Of a DNA stretch of 64,000 bases, positions 38,492 to 53,229 are shown piece after piece. The stretch is taken from assembly GCA_964016885.1 (NCBI GenBank), contig OZ024740.1, forward strand, positions 121,272,001 to 121,336,000. The letters run 5' to 3'. The position numbers were made by a program, and so were the translations under genes. A model generated the notes under the pieces. The model did no database searches. It was not told where the DNA came from and saw only the letters and a list, made by a program, of their open reading frames with translations. The first letter of the stretch is position 1. Every line of letters begins with the position of its first letter. Origin of the DNA: Eledone cirrhosa. Lineage: Eukaryota.

Positions 38492-41400
38492 CTAGCTGAC
38501 GTACCCAGCTTCGTCCGGGTAAACAGAAGATATTAGATGACAGGTAAAAGAGAAAATGACTGTATTGGATGTTCGTCTGGTTACAGTATGAGGCGAGTCT
38601 GTGGTGTTTGTGTGATACAAAACACAGTAAAAAAAATCTTCCAGCAATACCAGATTCTTCGTTGTATCGTTTGTGAATAGTATATGAAGAATTGTAGGTG
38701 CTCCCACCTAGAATAGTGACCTCTAGGAGATGGTTCATATTCTGCCTAACTGTACAACGTGTATCATTGCATAGACGTTGTTGTTCCACTTTACTCAAAA
38801 TGATGATTTAAGTACCAATCTCTTATATTATATGTAGATATAGATATAAATAATTAATATAAAAGATGTCCATCAATGTAACAAAGGTCCCTATTTATTT
38901 GAAATGATTTATACAAATGCCAAATTAATATGGATATGGATAATATGCTTATCTATAATTAGTCAGCTATAATAATAAAACAACAAATTGTATGACACAA
39001 CAATTTATTCAGTAATTACCAGGCTCTTAGCCACTCAGTAATAGACAGTCAATGTTGCCCAGAGTTCAACTAGGGGAGGTAGCCTGGTTTGAACTCCAAA
39101 TGGCGGATCCTTCTATTTCGAAAATAGAATCGTTTTTCAATTATTCTAGCCCTGGCCGGCCATAGGATCCAACCTTTTTACCAGACTCAGCATAGGATGA
39201 GATTTTATTACCACCGCAATCAGAAGCGATACATTTGAAGGCAATTTCTACCAATACTTGTTGGTTTTTATTGCTCATTATCGACAATAAATGACATTGA
39301 ACAGAAATGATAACTCTGCCAAAGCTCACAATACTGATCAATGGACACCAATGTCTGAATCATTTACGTTGAATATTCATAGCAGTGAAGGCAATTTCTA
39401 CCAATACTTGTTGGTATTTATTGCGCAACATAGCAGTGAAAGCAATTTTTACCAATACTTGTTTGTTTTTATTGCTCATAACGACATTAAATGACATCGG
39501 ACATATATGATAACTCTGTCAAAGCTCAATACTAATCAAAGGACACCAACGTCCGAATTATTTACGTCGCTTATTGATAGCATTAAAGATATGCATACAT
39601 CAGCTCAAAGCTTCATTATAGACAATATTCAGGGTTGTTTCTCTATTAGTTGTATCAATTGCAAACTTTACACCATCAGGAGCGCACACTCGAGATGCAG
39701 CAACATACAGTTGCCCATGGCTGAATGCTGGATTATTCAAGTAGACACCGACTCGCTTGAAAGTCTGTCATTGTGCCTTGTTAACAGTCATGGAGAAGGC
39801 CAAATTGACGGGAAACTGTCTCCTTTGCCAAATGAATGGCAGCAGATCTTCACTTGGTCTCAGTATGATCCTCGGAAATGAGAACCGATTCCTCTCTGTC
39901 TGGGAATTTAGCTTTTAAAACTCTTCCGTTAATCAATCGCTCAACAATCAATCTGGTACCATTGCAAATACCTATTTTATGATTGATATTTCTAAGCAAT
40001 ATAATCGGCATACCCTTTTTCAACCTCAAAATATGTGGGAAAAACCGGGTATTTGAACTGAATTCAGATACTCAGTCGGAACATCCATATTGTTCTGCTG
40101 ATTAGGCTCCATTGCATCCGCACTGACGTCAACCATTCATCTCCAGTAAACATTCCGTCTACTTGTGAATTTATTTCCTCCACCGTTGCATTCGTATGAG
40201 TTAGAATAACGCGTTCCGATATCCAGGAGATATTCTGCCAAAGAGCATTCAAATTAGGGAACACCCAGTCAGTCAATGCTTGGCGGTCCAGTGGCATGAC
40301 CAAATGGTCTGGGATTCTTAGTTTGATTATCACCAAAGTGTTGCAATTCATCGTTTCCCAACTGCATAAACCATCGCCGTATGTCTCAGCCTCTTCGTTT
40401 TGCCTGAACATACGAAGTCGCATATTATCGTGTAATCGCAAACCTCTGAAAAGGCGCCACAACGGGGATTTTTCAGACATGCATCGACAATTTGCGCTCT
40501 TTGAGCATTCCTAACAATTGGTAGCACCTGTCTGAAATCGCCACCAAAAACGATAGTCTTACCACCGAATGGCAGGTCACTACCGCAGATATCACTCAAA
40601 GTTCTGTCCAATGCCTCCAGCAAATATCTGTGTGCCATTGGAGCCTTGTCCTAAATAATCAGAGACGTATTGCGTATAAGGCCCGCGAGTTCACTTTGTC
40701 CTGTAATGTTACAGACACTCAACTCATCCGGAGCCAATGGAGCCTTGAAGCCTGAGTGGAAGGCCCTTCCACCACTCAGCAAAGTGGCAGCGAACCCACT
40801 GGTGGCCACAGGGATAGCAATCTTCCTCTGAGATCTGACTGCCGATAACATAGTAGTGTTGAAACAGAATGTCTTTCCGGTGCCTCATGGACCATCTATG
40901 AAAGCACAAAGTTGCTCATTAGTGGAAATCGAGTGGAGAACGCCATCGACCAATTCTCTCTGAGATTTGGTCAACATTGGCATACGTTCATCCACAATTA
41001 TTTGCTGTTCCAGTGGATCAAACTGGAATAGTTCGCTCCGATCGAGTGGTAACCGTCTAAGCTGCAATCTCATGTTCAATGCTAAGACACGTTGCCGCAT
41101 TTCGTCAACAGCAATTGGCAAATTGAAATCTGTTAAACATTTGAAATGAACTTCAAACAGTTGGTCAATATTGAGCAAAACAATAGCTTTCATCAATTGT
41201 TCATCATCGACCTAAAGATGATGCCTAAAACCGTCAGCCATAATTCACCAATAGCGTTCAAATAACTCTCTTGGATCGGCATGATTGCAGAATCCTAGAA
41301 TCGTGACAAACAACTGCCCTATTTGAGCTGGCAACTGTGTTGTTCCTGCAGCATCCATAGCGTTATTACATTCAACGTCATCCTAAAGGAGTCCGAGATG

Positions 41401-44400
41401 CTGACACACAGCCTGGTATGTTTCATATTCCACACCATTGATAGTTTTCAAATCAGAGAAGCTCTCTTTACCTCTCGAAAAATCATTATGCCACAAAATT
41501 CGGAGATAAAACACATCACCAGATGCAGGATGGACATTACAAACATGAATCTCAACTTTTGTTTTCAATCATTCCATTTCTTTCCCGTCTTATCCCAAGT
41601 ATAGTACGAAGGGAAATCGCAGTAGAGTTGCCTTTGATCCGGGTTCAATGCATGTTCACTATTGTGCTGGAACCACTCAATCAATTCCGTCTTTGGAGGT
41701 GGTACGTTAGCAATTCTTTCGACACATCTTCTAGTGTCCTGAAAACAGACCATTTGCCTATTCTCTAAGTGAACCATCAGTTTCTGAACGCTGGGTTTGG
41801 GTTCATTGACATCAAAATCGAACAATGTCCAGCAAGCTTCGCTAGATCCAATCGAGCTAACATGCTGGAACCTGCCAACTTCATCTCCTTGGTTCGCCTC
41901 CTCATTCCTGACATTGATCATTGCCCGACCATGACCTTTGTATAGATATTTGAATAGATATTTGCAAGCTTTCACTGAGCTACGCATTTCCACATTAATA
42001 TGACAACGATATTTCATAATCAAATATGGATTGTATGGCACAACCCATTGATTTGTAACCTGTCGACTGTTTACATTTTCGACCAAACCGCCATCTGCAG
42101 GCGACCGTCTTCTGTATGAGGGATGAACATCCCCATCGTTCCAGGAAGAGTTCGTGACAAAAGATGCACGGAAAGTGCTTGCTGCATTGGCCATTTTTCA
42201 TGCAATGCGCTTTCCGATTTGCCACTCCGCATTGGTTGTGCACCATTGACTTTGCCACCACATTGCGTAGTGCCACATTCTCCGGCAGTTCAGCATACAC
42301 AACGCCGTCGACATCCTCAGCACATCCCAATTTGCAATCTCTATGTAAAATCATCAGCAAATGTGCATGTGGCAATCCTCTTTTTGGGAATTCAATTACG
42401 TATGTAAAAGCAACTATAGCTCCAAAGATTACCTCTTTTTCCACATCATCCATTATCTTTTTAAGATATACTTTCAATACTCTTGCCATCATATCAGAAT
42501 GGCCGTTGTCCTGGCAAAAGTGCATCCTTAATATCAGTCCATTCAGGATTGCATGTAACCGTTATAAACAAATCCGGCTTTCCAAACTTTCTCACAATAG
42601 CCATTGCATCCTGATAGCGACGATGGCAAAATGATGCGTCGACCAATTTGCTTGTAATTGGCATCATCGGCTGTTATCGCATCCTGTATATTATTATACA
42701 ATTCAGCTCTGATATGTTGCTGATGTGTAGCTATATAATTTGGCCTTTGATTTCCGATCTTTGCGAATGCCATACAACAGTATTCCTGGAACAGTCTGCT
42801 GGCTTGAAATAGCGGATTTCTCTGTTGATTCCTCTCGTTCAAATGGAACGCGTAAAAATCGCGAATCGAATTATTGTGTCTATTGCCGCCTCCCTGTTGA
42901 TGCTGATTCTCATGATCATCTAAATGAACAGACATGTTCCATCAATTTCCACCTTTTCGGAATAAAAGAACATAATGCAATGGATCGTATGCCTTATTTG
43001 ACTCATTTATAGTCTTGAGACCACCATCTCTGCGATTGAGGTCGAAATCTATCGATTCAGGCTTATCGTCCATCAACACAGCAACTTCACGAAATCCTTC
43101 AGGGGCATTATATCGCCGTTCGTGTTGATTCCTAGGCACTGCGTCAGCCTTAATCACCAATGTTTGCTGCTGAATATTTTGCAGTTCAGCCACCAACATG
43201 AAATCCATAACATAAGGATTACACTGTCTAAGTCATGATTGTAAATTACGGATCAAATCACTTAACCTTTGCCGTTCAAATTTAGTTATATTTCCCGGCA
43301 ACTTCATCCAACTGATCCTGCTATCCTCCTCCGATTCACTATAATCTGGATCGTTAACATAAATTTGAGAGAATTGAGACCTCTCTCCTGGGGTAACTTC
43401 TAAATTATCGATACAATGATACAAACGGCCTTGATTGACTACATTCGGTGCCCATGCCCCACTCTCAAACATCTCACTACTCTCTGCGATGCTAAAGCTA
43501 ATGAATTGATAATTTGCCGCGAATACTTGCGTAGTAATCTACCTCGGTATCCTTGATCAACCCACATACATAATATTTTAAACTCCGGTGATTCCTCATC
43601 ATCCGGCATTCGCAAGGGTTCTAGTTGAACTGCTCCTTTATGACAGCACATTGTGGTCCACATCTTTTCGTGCCTCCAAAGCAATGCTCCACAATGTAGA
43701 CACTCTGCTCGTCCACCAATCTCAAAATGACACGGTTGCCATGATCCATTTTTAATATCATCCGTTCGCCTTCTAGCCTTTATTGGAATGAGGAGCACTT
43801 TGGCGACACATTCTCTGGACTTCTGTATTGTGCTGGCACCATTCAGCCAGCTCCTCTTCATCCATCGCAGCACCCCGTTGTTGCTGAATTCCGACCATCT
43901 GCTGATGATGATAAGCCAGTTAGTCTTCAACCATCGCAGCACGCCGTCACTGCTTGGCTCCAGTGTTTCGTTGGCGTTGTTCAGCCAGGTCCTCTTCATT
44001 CATGGCAGCACGTCTTCGCCTCTGAAGTTCGGCGTTCCGATGGCGCCGTTCGGCCCGTTTTTCTTCATTCTTGGCTGCACGCCGTCGCCGCTGTAGTTCA
44101 CTGTTTGATAAAGTCGAATTGCTTTTATTATCAGTATTCATTTCGAGCAATTGTCAAAAAATGTCCGTCAATGTAAAGAAAGGTCTCTATTTACTCCCTT
44201 TACAACTCTGTGTATGTTAGACTGACAGACATGCACACAGACAGATAAACTGCATGGCGATTGTGGAACGCCCCACGTACACACACACATACACGCATGG
44301 AAACGCGCACAGGCACGCAAACTTACACACGCACCCGTGCACTTACGCATACGCACACAATCACACATGTTGATAGTTTTAACTTTCTATGGAACGCTGC

Positions 44401-44716
44401 ACGCACGCACACATAAACATACGCGCACGTACATACTCACGCACACATGTTAATAGTTATTGCATTCCTTCCCCTCTTATTTCCACACACATCACACACA
44501 CACATGTCTCTACACTGACACATATACATAGTGTATCCAACACAGCGTTCATTTGCCTGTTTCTTACTCTCCCCTCTCACTCCCTCATTGGCATTATGCA
44601 TATTAATTTAAGTTTGGCGTCGTGGAGGTGGGCGGAGTCGTTTGAAACCTATGAACCAATGATAATCGAGAATTATGACACACGGAATACTGACATTGTT
44701 GACATTAATATATAGA
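38492..44716 (-). mobile_element. Full-length Helitron with decayed Rep/helicase gene
   Basis: 5' A|TCTATATATT; 3' hairpin ACCCGGACGAAGCTGGGT + CTAG|T; inserted in AT with no TSD. Confidence 0.93.
39680..44150 (-). pseudogene. Helitron RepHel (HUH endonuclease + Pif1-like helicase), many frameshifts and stops
   Basis: CLHCGA..CCHKG, YVIEFPKRGLPHAH, WVVPYNP, KYLFKYLYKG, FIDGP*GTGKTF, FGGKTIVFGGDFRQVLP and QFPV..SHGQLYVAASRV in order. Confidence 0.92.
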
Positions 44717-46904
44717 TTTACTTTTAACTAATCACTTATATCAGAATTGTAGATATTCAGTTTTAGCAAACTCAATTTTGATACATTTAACAACTCATTA
44801 TGATGTTTATAGTAGAAATCATTATTATATTTACATAACTACTTATCATAACATATTTACCGTTCTAATTATTTAGAAATGGTTTCTCCTTTTTATACCT
44901 CATTACATTTATAACATCTATCCTCTTTAAGCGATTCATCGTCACGTTAGGCTGGCGTTCGGACAGAGACTACTATCATAAACTATTTAGCACCATCACT
45001 TGTTTAAACAACACGCAAATATTTCTGGTTAATAGCGTAGCATTATGTCGCCCCAAGCAACCCGACCCCTTCTTGATCACGCCAACGAACCCACAATGCT
45101 TAGCTTTGCGGCGGGTGTGGCATTTAGAGGTGGCTAATCATAACATAAATGGTGTGCCGCCTCCGTATCCAGTCTAGTTTCTTGTTATGTCTATGGTTTA
45201 GATTTGATAATTACTTTCTCTGCTAACAAAATATCTATGAAATTTCCAAAACTGCATCAAATAGGTCACGTTGTCTATTTCAGACCGAAACGATAATCTT
45301 TGGGGTCTTCGTTGCTGGTTTTCCTTTCATTTTACATTTCTTTTTATATTTCTCTCCCGCTTTATCCGCTTTCTTCCTACTGGCACTTGATTTTGTTATA
45401 CGGAGATTTATCCATCTGCTTTGTCGAGGCTCCCAAAAACAACAATTTTTCTTATTCCACAATGCTTCAAGCAAACTTAAACACTTCCGTTAATTATGTT
45501 GAGAAAAAAGGAAGGCGTGAAATAACATCAGTCGTGTGGTGAATATTCATGAACGGGAATTAATACCTTTTCTTATATGAATTCGAAAGCAATTCTAATA
45601 TTAGTTTCTAGAAGCAAAAGAAAAAATAATTATGAGATTATTCGATAGCAGAATCAGAACAAAGGCTTTAAGGAATATCTCTTTGAAATCCCCCAAAATA
45701 AATTTCTTTGAAATCTTGTAGGGAGAGAGAAAATACATTAAAACTATTCCGAAGGAAATGCAAAATTTAGCTTGCCTTCAAAATTAATTCTATTTTAATA
45801 AAAGAAATATATATTTATAAATTGGTATAAATTATATAAAACGAATCAAATATAATGCATTCATTTTGTTTTAATTTGTCACACATTTTGTATATATTTC
45901 TTCATTTAGAAAGCCGTATGAGACATTTGAATAACATTAGGCTTCTTTATAGGATCTAATAAACCATACGCCATCTACTTTATCCTATCTGTCTTTCTAT
46001 TTTGACTTTTGCACCATCACACTCCATATTATCAATGAGTCATCTAAATTATTACAGCACGAATTAAATAAAGTCTCTCGAGTGAAGGAGGCCTCTGGGT
46101 ATTACTATATACGCTCAGGAATGAACAGTTTTGAAACGACGTTAAAAATGAGTTTATGAGAATTTACACTTGAAAGGGACTTTCCTCTCAAAGATCGGAC
46201 ATTGAAATAAGTTCGTCTTTATTAATATATTCTTCCGACCACCACTTCATGGATTACCCACACGCAGAATTTGACTTACAAACAATCTACTAACATCCTT
46301 GGAACTTACCAACTTTTCAACCATCCTCTTGCGTAATCACCTATATAACTCACCCGCAAATACACCCCCAAACATTTTTTTTCTCCACACGCCACCCACA
46401 CCCACAACACGCTCAAACCCCACACACACGTGCTTCCCACCACATATTTACACCCTCAGCCTCCTGATTCCTCTCCCCCCACCCCCTATCCACACACGCA
46501 CAGACACTCCGAACCACAAACCCCCCCACACACACACCCCTTCATGAACATGCAACCCCGTTTTTCCCCCAACCCTTACTTTCACATACACACACGCACA
46601 CCTACACACACACACCACATTCAGCCCTCCCCGCTCGGACACCCCGTCTCCTTCTCCCCACTCCACCCGTCACCCCCGTTACTCACCCCCCACCCTTCCA
46701 CCACCTGTTTACCCCCCTTTTAATTTCAGTTTATTTTGATCATGCCTTTATTTTTAAATTTTCTCATTCCTTGTATTTTGATCATGCTTTATTTTTATTT
46801 TTTATCTTTATTTGTTTTTTTTTCATTCGCACCGTTTCCTTTCGCTATATGTCTCTCCACCACTCCCCTACACACCTTTTGAACTCTGTTCCCACACACT
46901 TCTC

Positions 46905-46936
46905 ACCTGAGGAAGGGCTTATGCCCGAAACGTCGT
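46905..46936 (+). ncRNA. Minimal HHR (PLE type)
   Basis: AC-CTGAGGA-A-GGGC-TTAT-GCCC-GAAA-CG-TC-GT, about 90 bp before a (TA)n end; stem I is short. Confidence 0.75.
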
Positions 46937-47024
46937 CCCATACTTACCCCCCACTCTCCTGAGCGTGAAATTAATAAACATTTATTGTACTGCCTCTCTG
47001 ATTTGTCCCTGTTCAAATTTTTCC

Positions 47025-47069
<45 letters not shown>

Positions 47070-47624
47070 GATCGAGTATCGAAAAATCGGCGCACGAGTT
47101 CACGATAAACGAGATTCGATATGAGCGGCAGAGGGCTCAATAATTCAGATGAATCAGAGCTATAACTATCGTTAAAATACCGTCACATATAGAACAAGTC
47201 TACAATCAACCATACGATATAAAATCGATAAAGGAAGATTCGGGACAAACAGATAAAAAATATCAATAAAACAATACGTCAATAATTTAAATGAATGTAA
47301 AATCATACCCGGACCCACTAGACAGGTGTTAAATCTAGCTTCATGGATTTCTGTAAATCCTTAGACTGTACTCTATCAGCTCACATATAAATATAAAAGC
47401 CTACTAGAGCAAGCGGAACGGAGTTTTACTTTCTCAACGAGCTTTTTTTCCTGGCGGTAGAGGAGCTAACTACCAGTGAAAAACGCACATGGCATTAGAC
47501 AAGGGAGATAACCCCTATATCCGCGAAAACAATTCGAGTGAATGTGGAAATACACATATCGAATTAGAGTGCTCAATAGACATGTTAAAATAAAACAAAA
47601 GCTATTCATCACTCAATAGAATCG

Positions 47625-47699
<75 letters not shown>

Positions 47700-47717
47700 T
47701 TATATATATACACACGC

Positions 47718-47748
<31 letters not shown>

Positions 47749-47754
47749 GTTATT

Positions 47755-47806
<52 letters not shown>

Positions 47807-47933
47807 TTAGTTAAGCAAAACAAGACCACAAATTTCACAAGGAAGACATTATTAAAAGATTGTCAACATATTTAGTTTGATGTAAGGAATGTAGAGAATA
47901 ATAATTATAATAATATTAATAATAATAATGCCC

Positions 47934-48054
47934 GTTTACAATTGTTTCGCTACTCCGTAAAATATTTCTGGATCAGATGACTATATATCATAATTGATCT
48001 GGTTCATTTGAAAATAATTAACATATTTAAAAAAACAGAGTGGTTCATCGGAAC
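47934..48054 (-). ncRNA. HHR with ~96-nt stem II (mirror copy)
   Basis: Reverse complement of 49775-49895. Confidence 0.6.
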
Positions 48055-49774
48055 TCAAAGGAATATAAATTAAAATAATGTTACATAATATAATGTTCCA
48101 TATATTAGTTTTTACTATGGTGCCTTTGTTTCATCAGCTGTCAGCCATAATCAAGCAGTACTCACCTATCGAGGCTGCATTGTGTGAGATCTGCCTATGG
48201 GTAACAAGTTGGCTGCCAAGGGGCATATTATCCTTACTAATTAGAGGGTGGTTTCAGGGGAAGTAACTTCTCGAGAGATTAGAGATTGTGTGTATTTTAT
48301 AGTTATGTGCTAGTGTTTAAATTATTTAATTGAGAGACAATGTAGGGGAGGTAACTTATAATTATCGAGTTGTTCATAGCAATTTAACTTATTAGCTACA
48401 ATTAGAGATGGGGCTACATGACTAAGTTGGGTCAAAAACTCTATTGGCGAAGGAATTAGCCCTTCGATGTTGAAAGCTAATTGTTACCTCCGTTCTATCG
48501 TTAATTGGTAGAGGTCTAGATAGAGTTATGTAATATGCTTCCGTAACACAGAGATCACAAATTTCCTTCGTCCATTGAACGGTTGTGCCCTAGCTACGAT
48601 ATCCCATATTAGTGAGTGTTGAACTTTGTTTAATTTAAGGTTTTTAATGAGCCTAGCTAGCGATGTCGAACATCTGTTGCTAGGGTCTCGGAAGGAAAAA
48701 GAGTGCGCGTTATAGCGTACCTTAAAAGGGTTAGAGGTAGACCCGATATAATAGCTGGTATTCGAAGCAGTCTCAACTGTGCACCTACAGACTATGTTGG
48801 GTATCAGGCAGTGTCCATTTAATGGGCATGCATTGGGGTACCGGTAGTTGCAGTTGCTTCTGCAGTTAGTGAGAGTAGGGTTATTTAACCTAAGCAGTTG
48901 GTTCGTGCTAGAAGGATTAGAACGGACCAACATCTTAGGTTAAATAACCCTATTCTCACTAACCGCAGAAGCAACTGCAACTGTCGGTACCCCAATGCAT
49001 GCCCATTAAATGGACACTGCCTGACACCCAACATAGTCTATAGGTGCACAGTTGAGACTGCTTCGAATACTAGCTATTATATCGGGTCTATTTCTAACCC
49101 TTTTAAGGTACGCTATAACGCGCACTCTTTTTCCTTCCGAGACCCTAGCAACAGATGTTCGACATTGCTAGCTAGGCTCATTAAAAACCTTAAATTAAAC
49201 AAAGTTCAACACTCACTAAATTGGGATATCGTAGCTAGGGCACAACCGTTCAATGGACGAAGGAAATCTTGTGATCTCTGTGTTACGGAAGCATATTACA
49301 AAACTCTATCTAGACCTCTACCAATTAAAGATAGAATGGAGGTAACAATTAGCTGTCAACATCGAAGGGCTAATTCCTTCGCCAATAGAGTTGTTGACCC
49401 AACTTAGTCATGTAGCCCCATCTCCAATTGTAGCTAATAAGTTAAATTGCTATGAACAACTCGATAATTATAAGTTACCTCCCCTACATTGTCTCTCAAT
49501 TAAATAATTTAAATACTAGCACATAACTATAAAATACACACAATCTCTAATCTCTCGAGAAGTTACTTCCCCTGAAACCACACTCTAATTAGTAAGGTAA
49601 ATATGCCCTTTGGCAGCCATCTTGTTACCCATAGGCAGATCTCACATAATGCAGCCTCGACAGATGAGTACTGCTTGATTATGGCTGACAGCTGATGAAA
49701 CAAAGGCACCATAGTAAAAACTAATATATGGAACATTATATTATGTAACATTATTTTTATTTATATTCCTTTGA

Positions 49775-49895
49775 GTTCCGATGAGCCACTCTGTTTTTTT
49801 AAATATGTTAATTATTTTCAACTGAACCGGATCAATTATGATACATAGTCATCTGATCCAGAAATATTATACGGAGTAGCGAAACAATTGTAAAC
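49775..49895 (+). ncRNA. HHR with CCGAUGA core and 96-nt stem II
   Basis: GTT-CCGATGA-GCCACTCTGT..ACGGAGTAGC-GAAA-CAATTG-TA-AAC; inner GGATCA/TGATCC hairpin. Confidence 0.7.
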
Positions 49896-50267
49896 GGGCA
49901 TTATTATTATTAATATTATTATAATTATTATTCTCTACATTCCTTACATCAAACAAAGTATGTTGACAATCTTTTAATAATGTCTTGTGAAATTTGTGGT
50001 TTTGTTTTGCTTAACTAATGAATATTTCCAGCTCTGCGCACCTAACCTCTGCATGAACCCATCCACCTAGCTGCTTTCTACTGCATATTGCATATTGAGC
50101 ACATGCCTTTACGCTTTGGCTTCTAACTAACTCACCTATCTTTCCTCTCATATCTCCTCTACTATCTCAATCTCTCTCTTTAAGATTGGTTACTCTTGAA
50201 GTGTGTATATATATATATATATATAACATTGCTTTATTGTACTACAATAAAACTCACCTCCTACATT

Positions 50268-50424
<157 letters not shown>

Positions 50425-50541
50425 AACGTTTGTATATGTATAATAAAGCCAACACAATGCAGGTATGGACATAGAATAAAGAATGCAAATGCAAAAGATA
50501 TTGTTGACAATTAGTCTTTTACCTTAGATTTATTTAAATGT

Positions 50542-50576
50542 CCTTAATTTTCGAGATAATATCTCTCCTTCAGAGG
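50542..50576 (-). ncRNA. Minimal HHR candidate (A9G)
   Basis: CCT-CTGAAGG-A-GAGAT-ATT-ATCTC-GAAA-AT-TA-AGG. Confidence 0.6.
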
Positions 50577-50709
50577 GAAGTAAAGCGGTTAAACCAGTGT
50601 TCTAAATAACTTGCCAAGTCAAGTAAATATAATTTAGCGAGAATCGCATTTTGGCGGTTAGAAATTAGCGAAACGCAACTTCCATATTGTGCTGACAAGC
50701 GCTCCATAA

Positions 50710-50896
50710 TTGTTTCTACTTTTTGACACATGGCCAGCAATTCACCAGTGCATAACTGGTACTTTATTTTATCGATCCTGCAAGGATGAAAGGCAAAGGT
50801 AACCTCGGCGGGATTTGAACTCAGAATGGCAAAAGCCGTAACAATATGCGTCGAAGCATGGCGTCCGACCCTCTACCGATGCTGCTAATCCACCGT
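50710..50896 (-). mobile_element. tRNA-derived SINE
   Basis: Family match. Confidence 0.85.
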
Positions 50897-50899
50897 CAT

Positions 50900-51263
50900 T
50901 ATAATTTAATATAAAACGAAAAATCAGTGATGCATCTGAACTTAATTTATTGTGTGTTACAACTGTTTCGCCAGTGGACAGCTGGAGACGAGATCATTGT
51001 GTGGATCTGTCTGATTCTTCCACAGCGGAAGAATATGCTCCGAAATCATTAGACGTGTCCGTCGAACCTGCCGGTCCAGAATCAGACAGATCCACACAAT
51101 GATCGCGTCTCGAGCTGGCTGCCGGCGAAACAATTGTAACACACAATAAATTGAGTTCAGATGCATCACTGATTTTTCGTTTTATATTATATCATACTCG
51201 GCTCTGTTTAGAGTATTGAGTGCTCAACCGGCATACCGTCTATGGAAGCATCTTAGGTACCAT

Positions 51264-51265
<2 letters not shown>
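50900..51265. repeat. Inverted-repeat pLTR-like element with HHR-like motif (51055-51142, + strand)
   Basis: GTGT-CCGTCGA-ACCTGC..GCCGGC-GAAA-CAATTG-TA-ACAC; same family as 23.3 kb and 24.7 kb. Confidence 0.7.
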
Positions 51266-51338
<73 letters not shown>

Positions 51339-53229
51339 GGGAATGTTTTGTCTGTTGGTAAGTCTATTAGAAAGCATATTATGTATCATATATAATAGTT
51401 GAGTAAAATGGAGAATAGAGCCCATTGACGGCAAATGCACGAATTGAATCAGGCAACTTCGGTATGTCAAAAGGCTTTTCTACCATTCAAACAAAGGAAT
51501 CTGGACACGCGCGTGCATCCAACACATACGCGTGCACACACATTCGCGCGCACACACACATTCGCGCGCACACACACACAACCACATACACAGATGTATC
51601 ATGTAATACGTTATCTTAATACTCACGGTCCTAGTATTGCAGCACATGCAGAATATACATGGTGCTGTAGAAGGAATGATACAGTAGTACAAGATTTAGA
51701 CATATGCCAAGAGACATAAGGACAATGTGTGAATAAGATGTAGTAATAAAGTCGTGTGTGGAAAGGGGCCGTAACCCGGAAAATATATTGATACGTTTTC
51801 TTCAGGGCTGACTCTTGTTGTGATAATTTGTGTATATTTGTGTCTATGTGTTCGGTTTGTTGTTAAAAAGAGAGTGTGCTCTAGGTTATGAAATACAGTT
51901 ACAGGAATAAGAGCTTGATATACAGAAAGGAAAGACGCACACGTTAAGAAAATCATTATTTAAATCGATCTTGTACCATATCAACATATATTTTCATGGT
52001 TGGTGGGTTGAGGTGTATCATCACTGCCATATACAATCGACTTTATGTAGCATATCTGCTGCACCTGATTATACATGCCTAAGTCTTTCACTGTTGCTTC
52101 ATGTCTTCGGAACCATCATGTTAAATCTGTAGTTGTATGTTACGTGTATGAATCATAATAATTTTAGTTCTTTTGCATCAAGTAAAGAACAGTTTTTCTT
52201 TTCTTCCCCGGGGACATTTTCGCAACACGCAAAAACACTCACTCAGAGACCTACATATATGTATATTTATGAACATACATACATACAGAGAGAAAAATGG
52301 AAAGATGGGTGATACATATATTTAGTTGCCAATAGTTTGTGCAAATGTGCTCAATACTGGTGCCTACAGGGTTAAACATTAGAAGCGTTAATATTTAGTG
52401 GGCGAGAAAAAATAAGCAGAGCGATTATAAAAGAAGTGAATACATGGAGAATAAACCGTTAAAACATGTTTATATAACAATGCACCTACGGACGTTTCGC
52501 CCGGAGTGGGATTATCAAGGGCATGGAACCCAGGAGAGTTTCTAAGGTTAAATTCACATCAGCGTTCATTCTTCGCTTAAGTGCATGTGTTGTTATTCCG
52601 CCAGAGCAGGGAGAGTAACTCTGGCCGGTGCTCAACCAATCATGTCCTACTTGGTTTTTACAAGCATATCAAGCAGCTTTTAAACCTATGTTATTTTATG
52701 TGATACCTTTGCCATGCAGTAATTATATATGCCTAGTACCATTGCTTGTTTCTTTCCTGTATATGCCTAACGCATTTGCATTTTCTATACGCCTGCATAT
52801 GTACTGATAATGTTCTCGTGTTACGAGTAACTTTCTACGTTGATGTCTCTTTAATTATTATACTATTCCCTTGTAATCTCTGTCGCATGCATTCCACTCT
52901 GTGCTTTTTTAATTTTTAATTTTTAATTTTAATTATTATACAATTCTCTTGTAATCTATGTCGCATCCATTCCAATCTGTAAATACGAAACTGTTGTTGG
53001 CAACATTAATATCCATGTATCTATACGATTGTTCAGTTGAATAGGAGGTTAATAATATGTACAAACATTACTAGTGTTCCGATGATTCCAAACGAAAGTT
53101 TGGAGAAAACGATTGTCAGCAATAAAATGATTTGAACATAGCTTTCATTATTGTGTAATTTATCTCTCTCTATATATATGTGTATATATATATATATGAA
53201 TCATAGTGTCAGCGAAACACATTAGATGT

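Larger units (their letters stand above)
47803..50190. mobile_element. Palindromic PLE remnant (Hydra-like endonuclease 3' end + pLTR, ~1.1-kb arms)
   Basis: 48898-49407 ORF CNCRYPNACPLNGHC..NIVYRC..YYIGS..FKVRYNAH..CDLC; mirror on - strand; (TA)n flanks. Confidence 0.9.
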
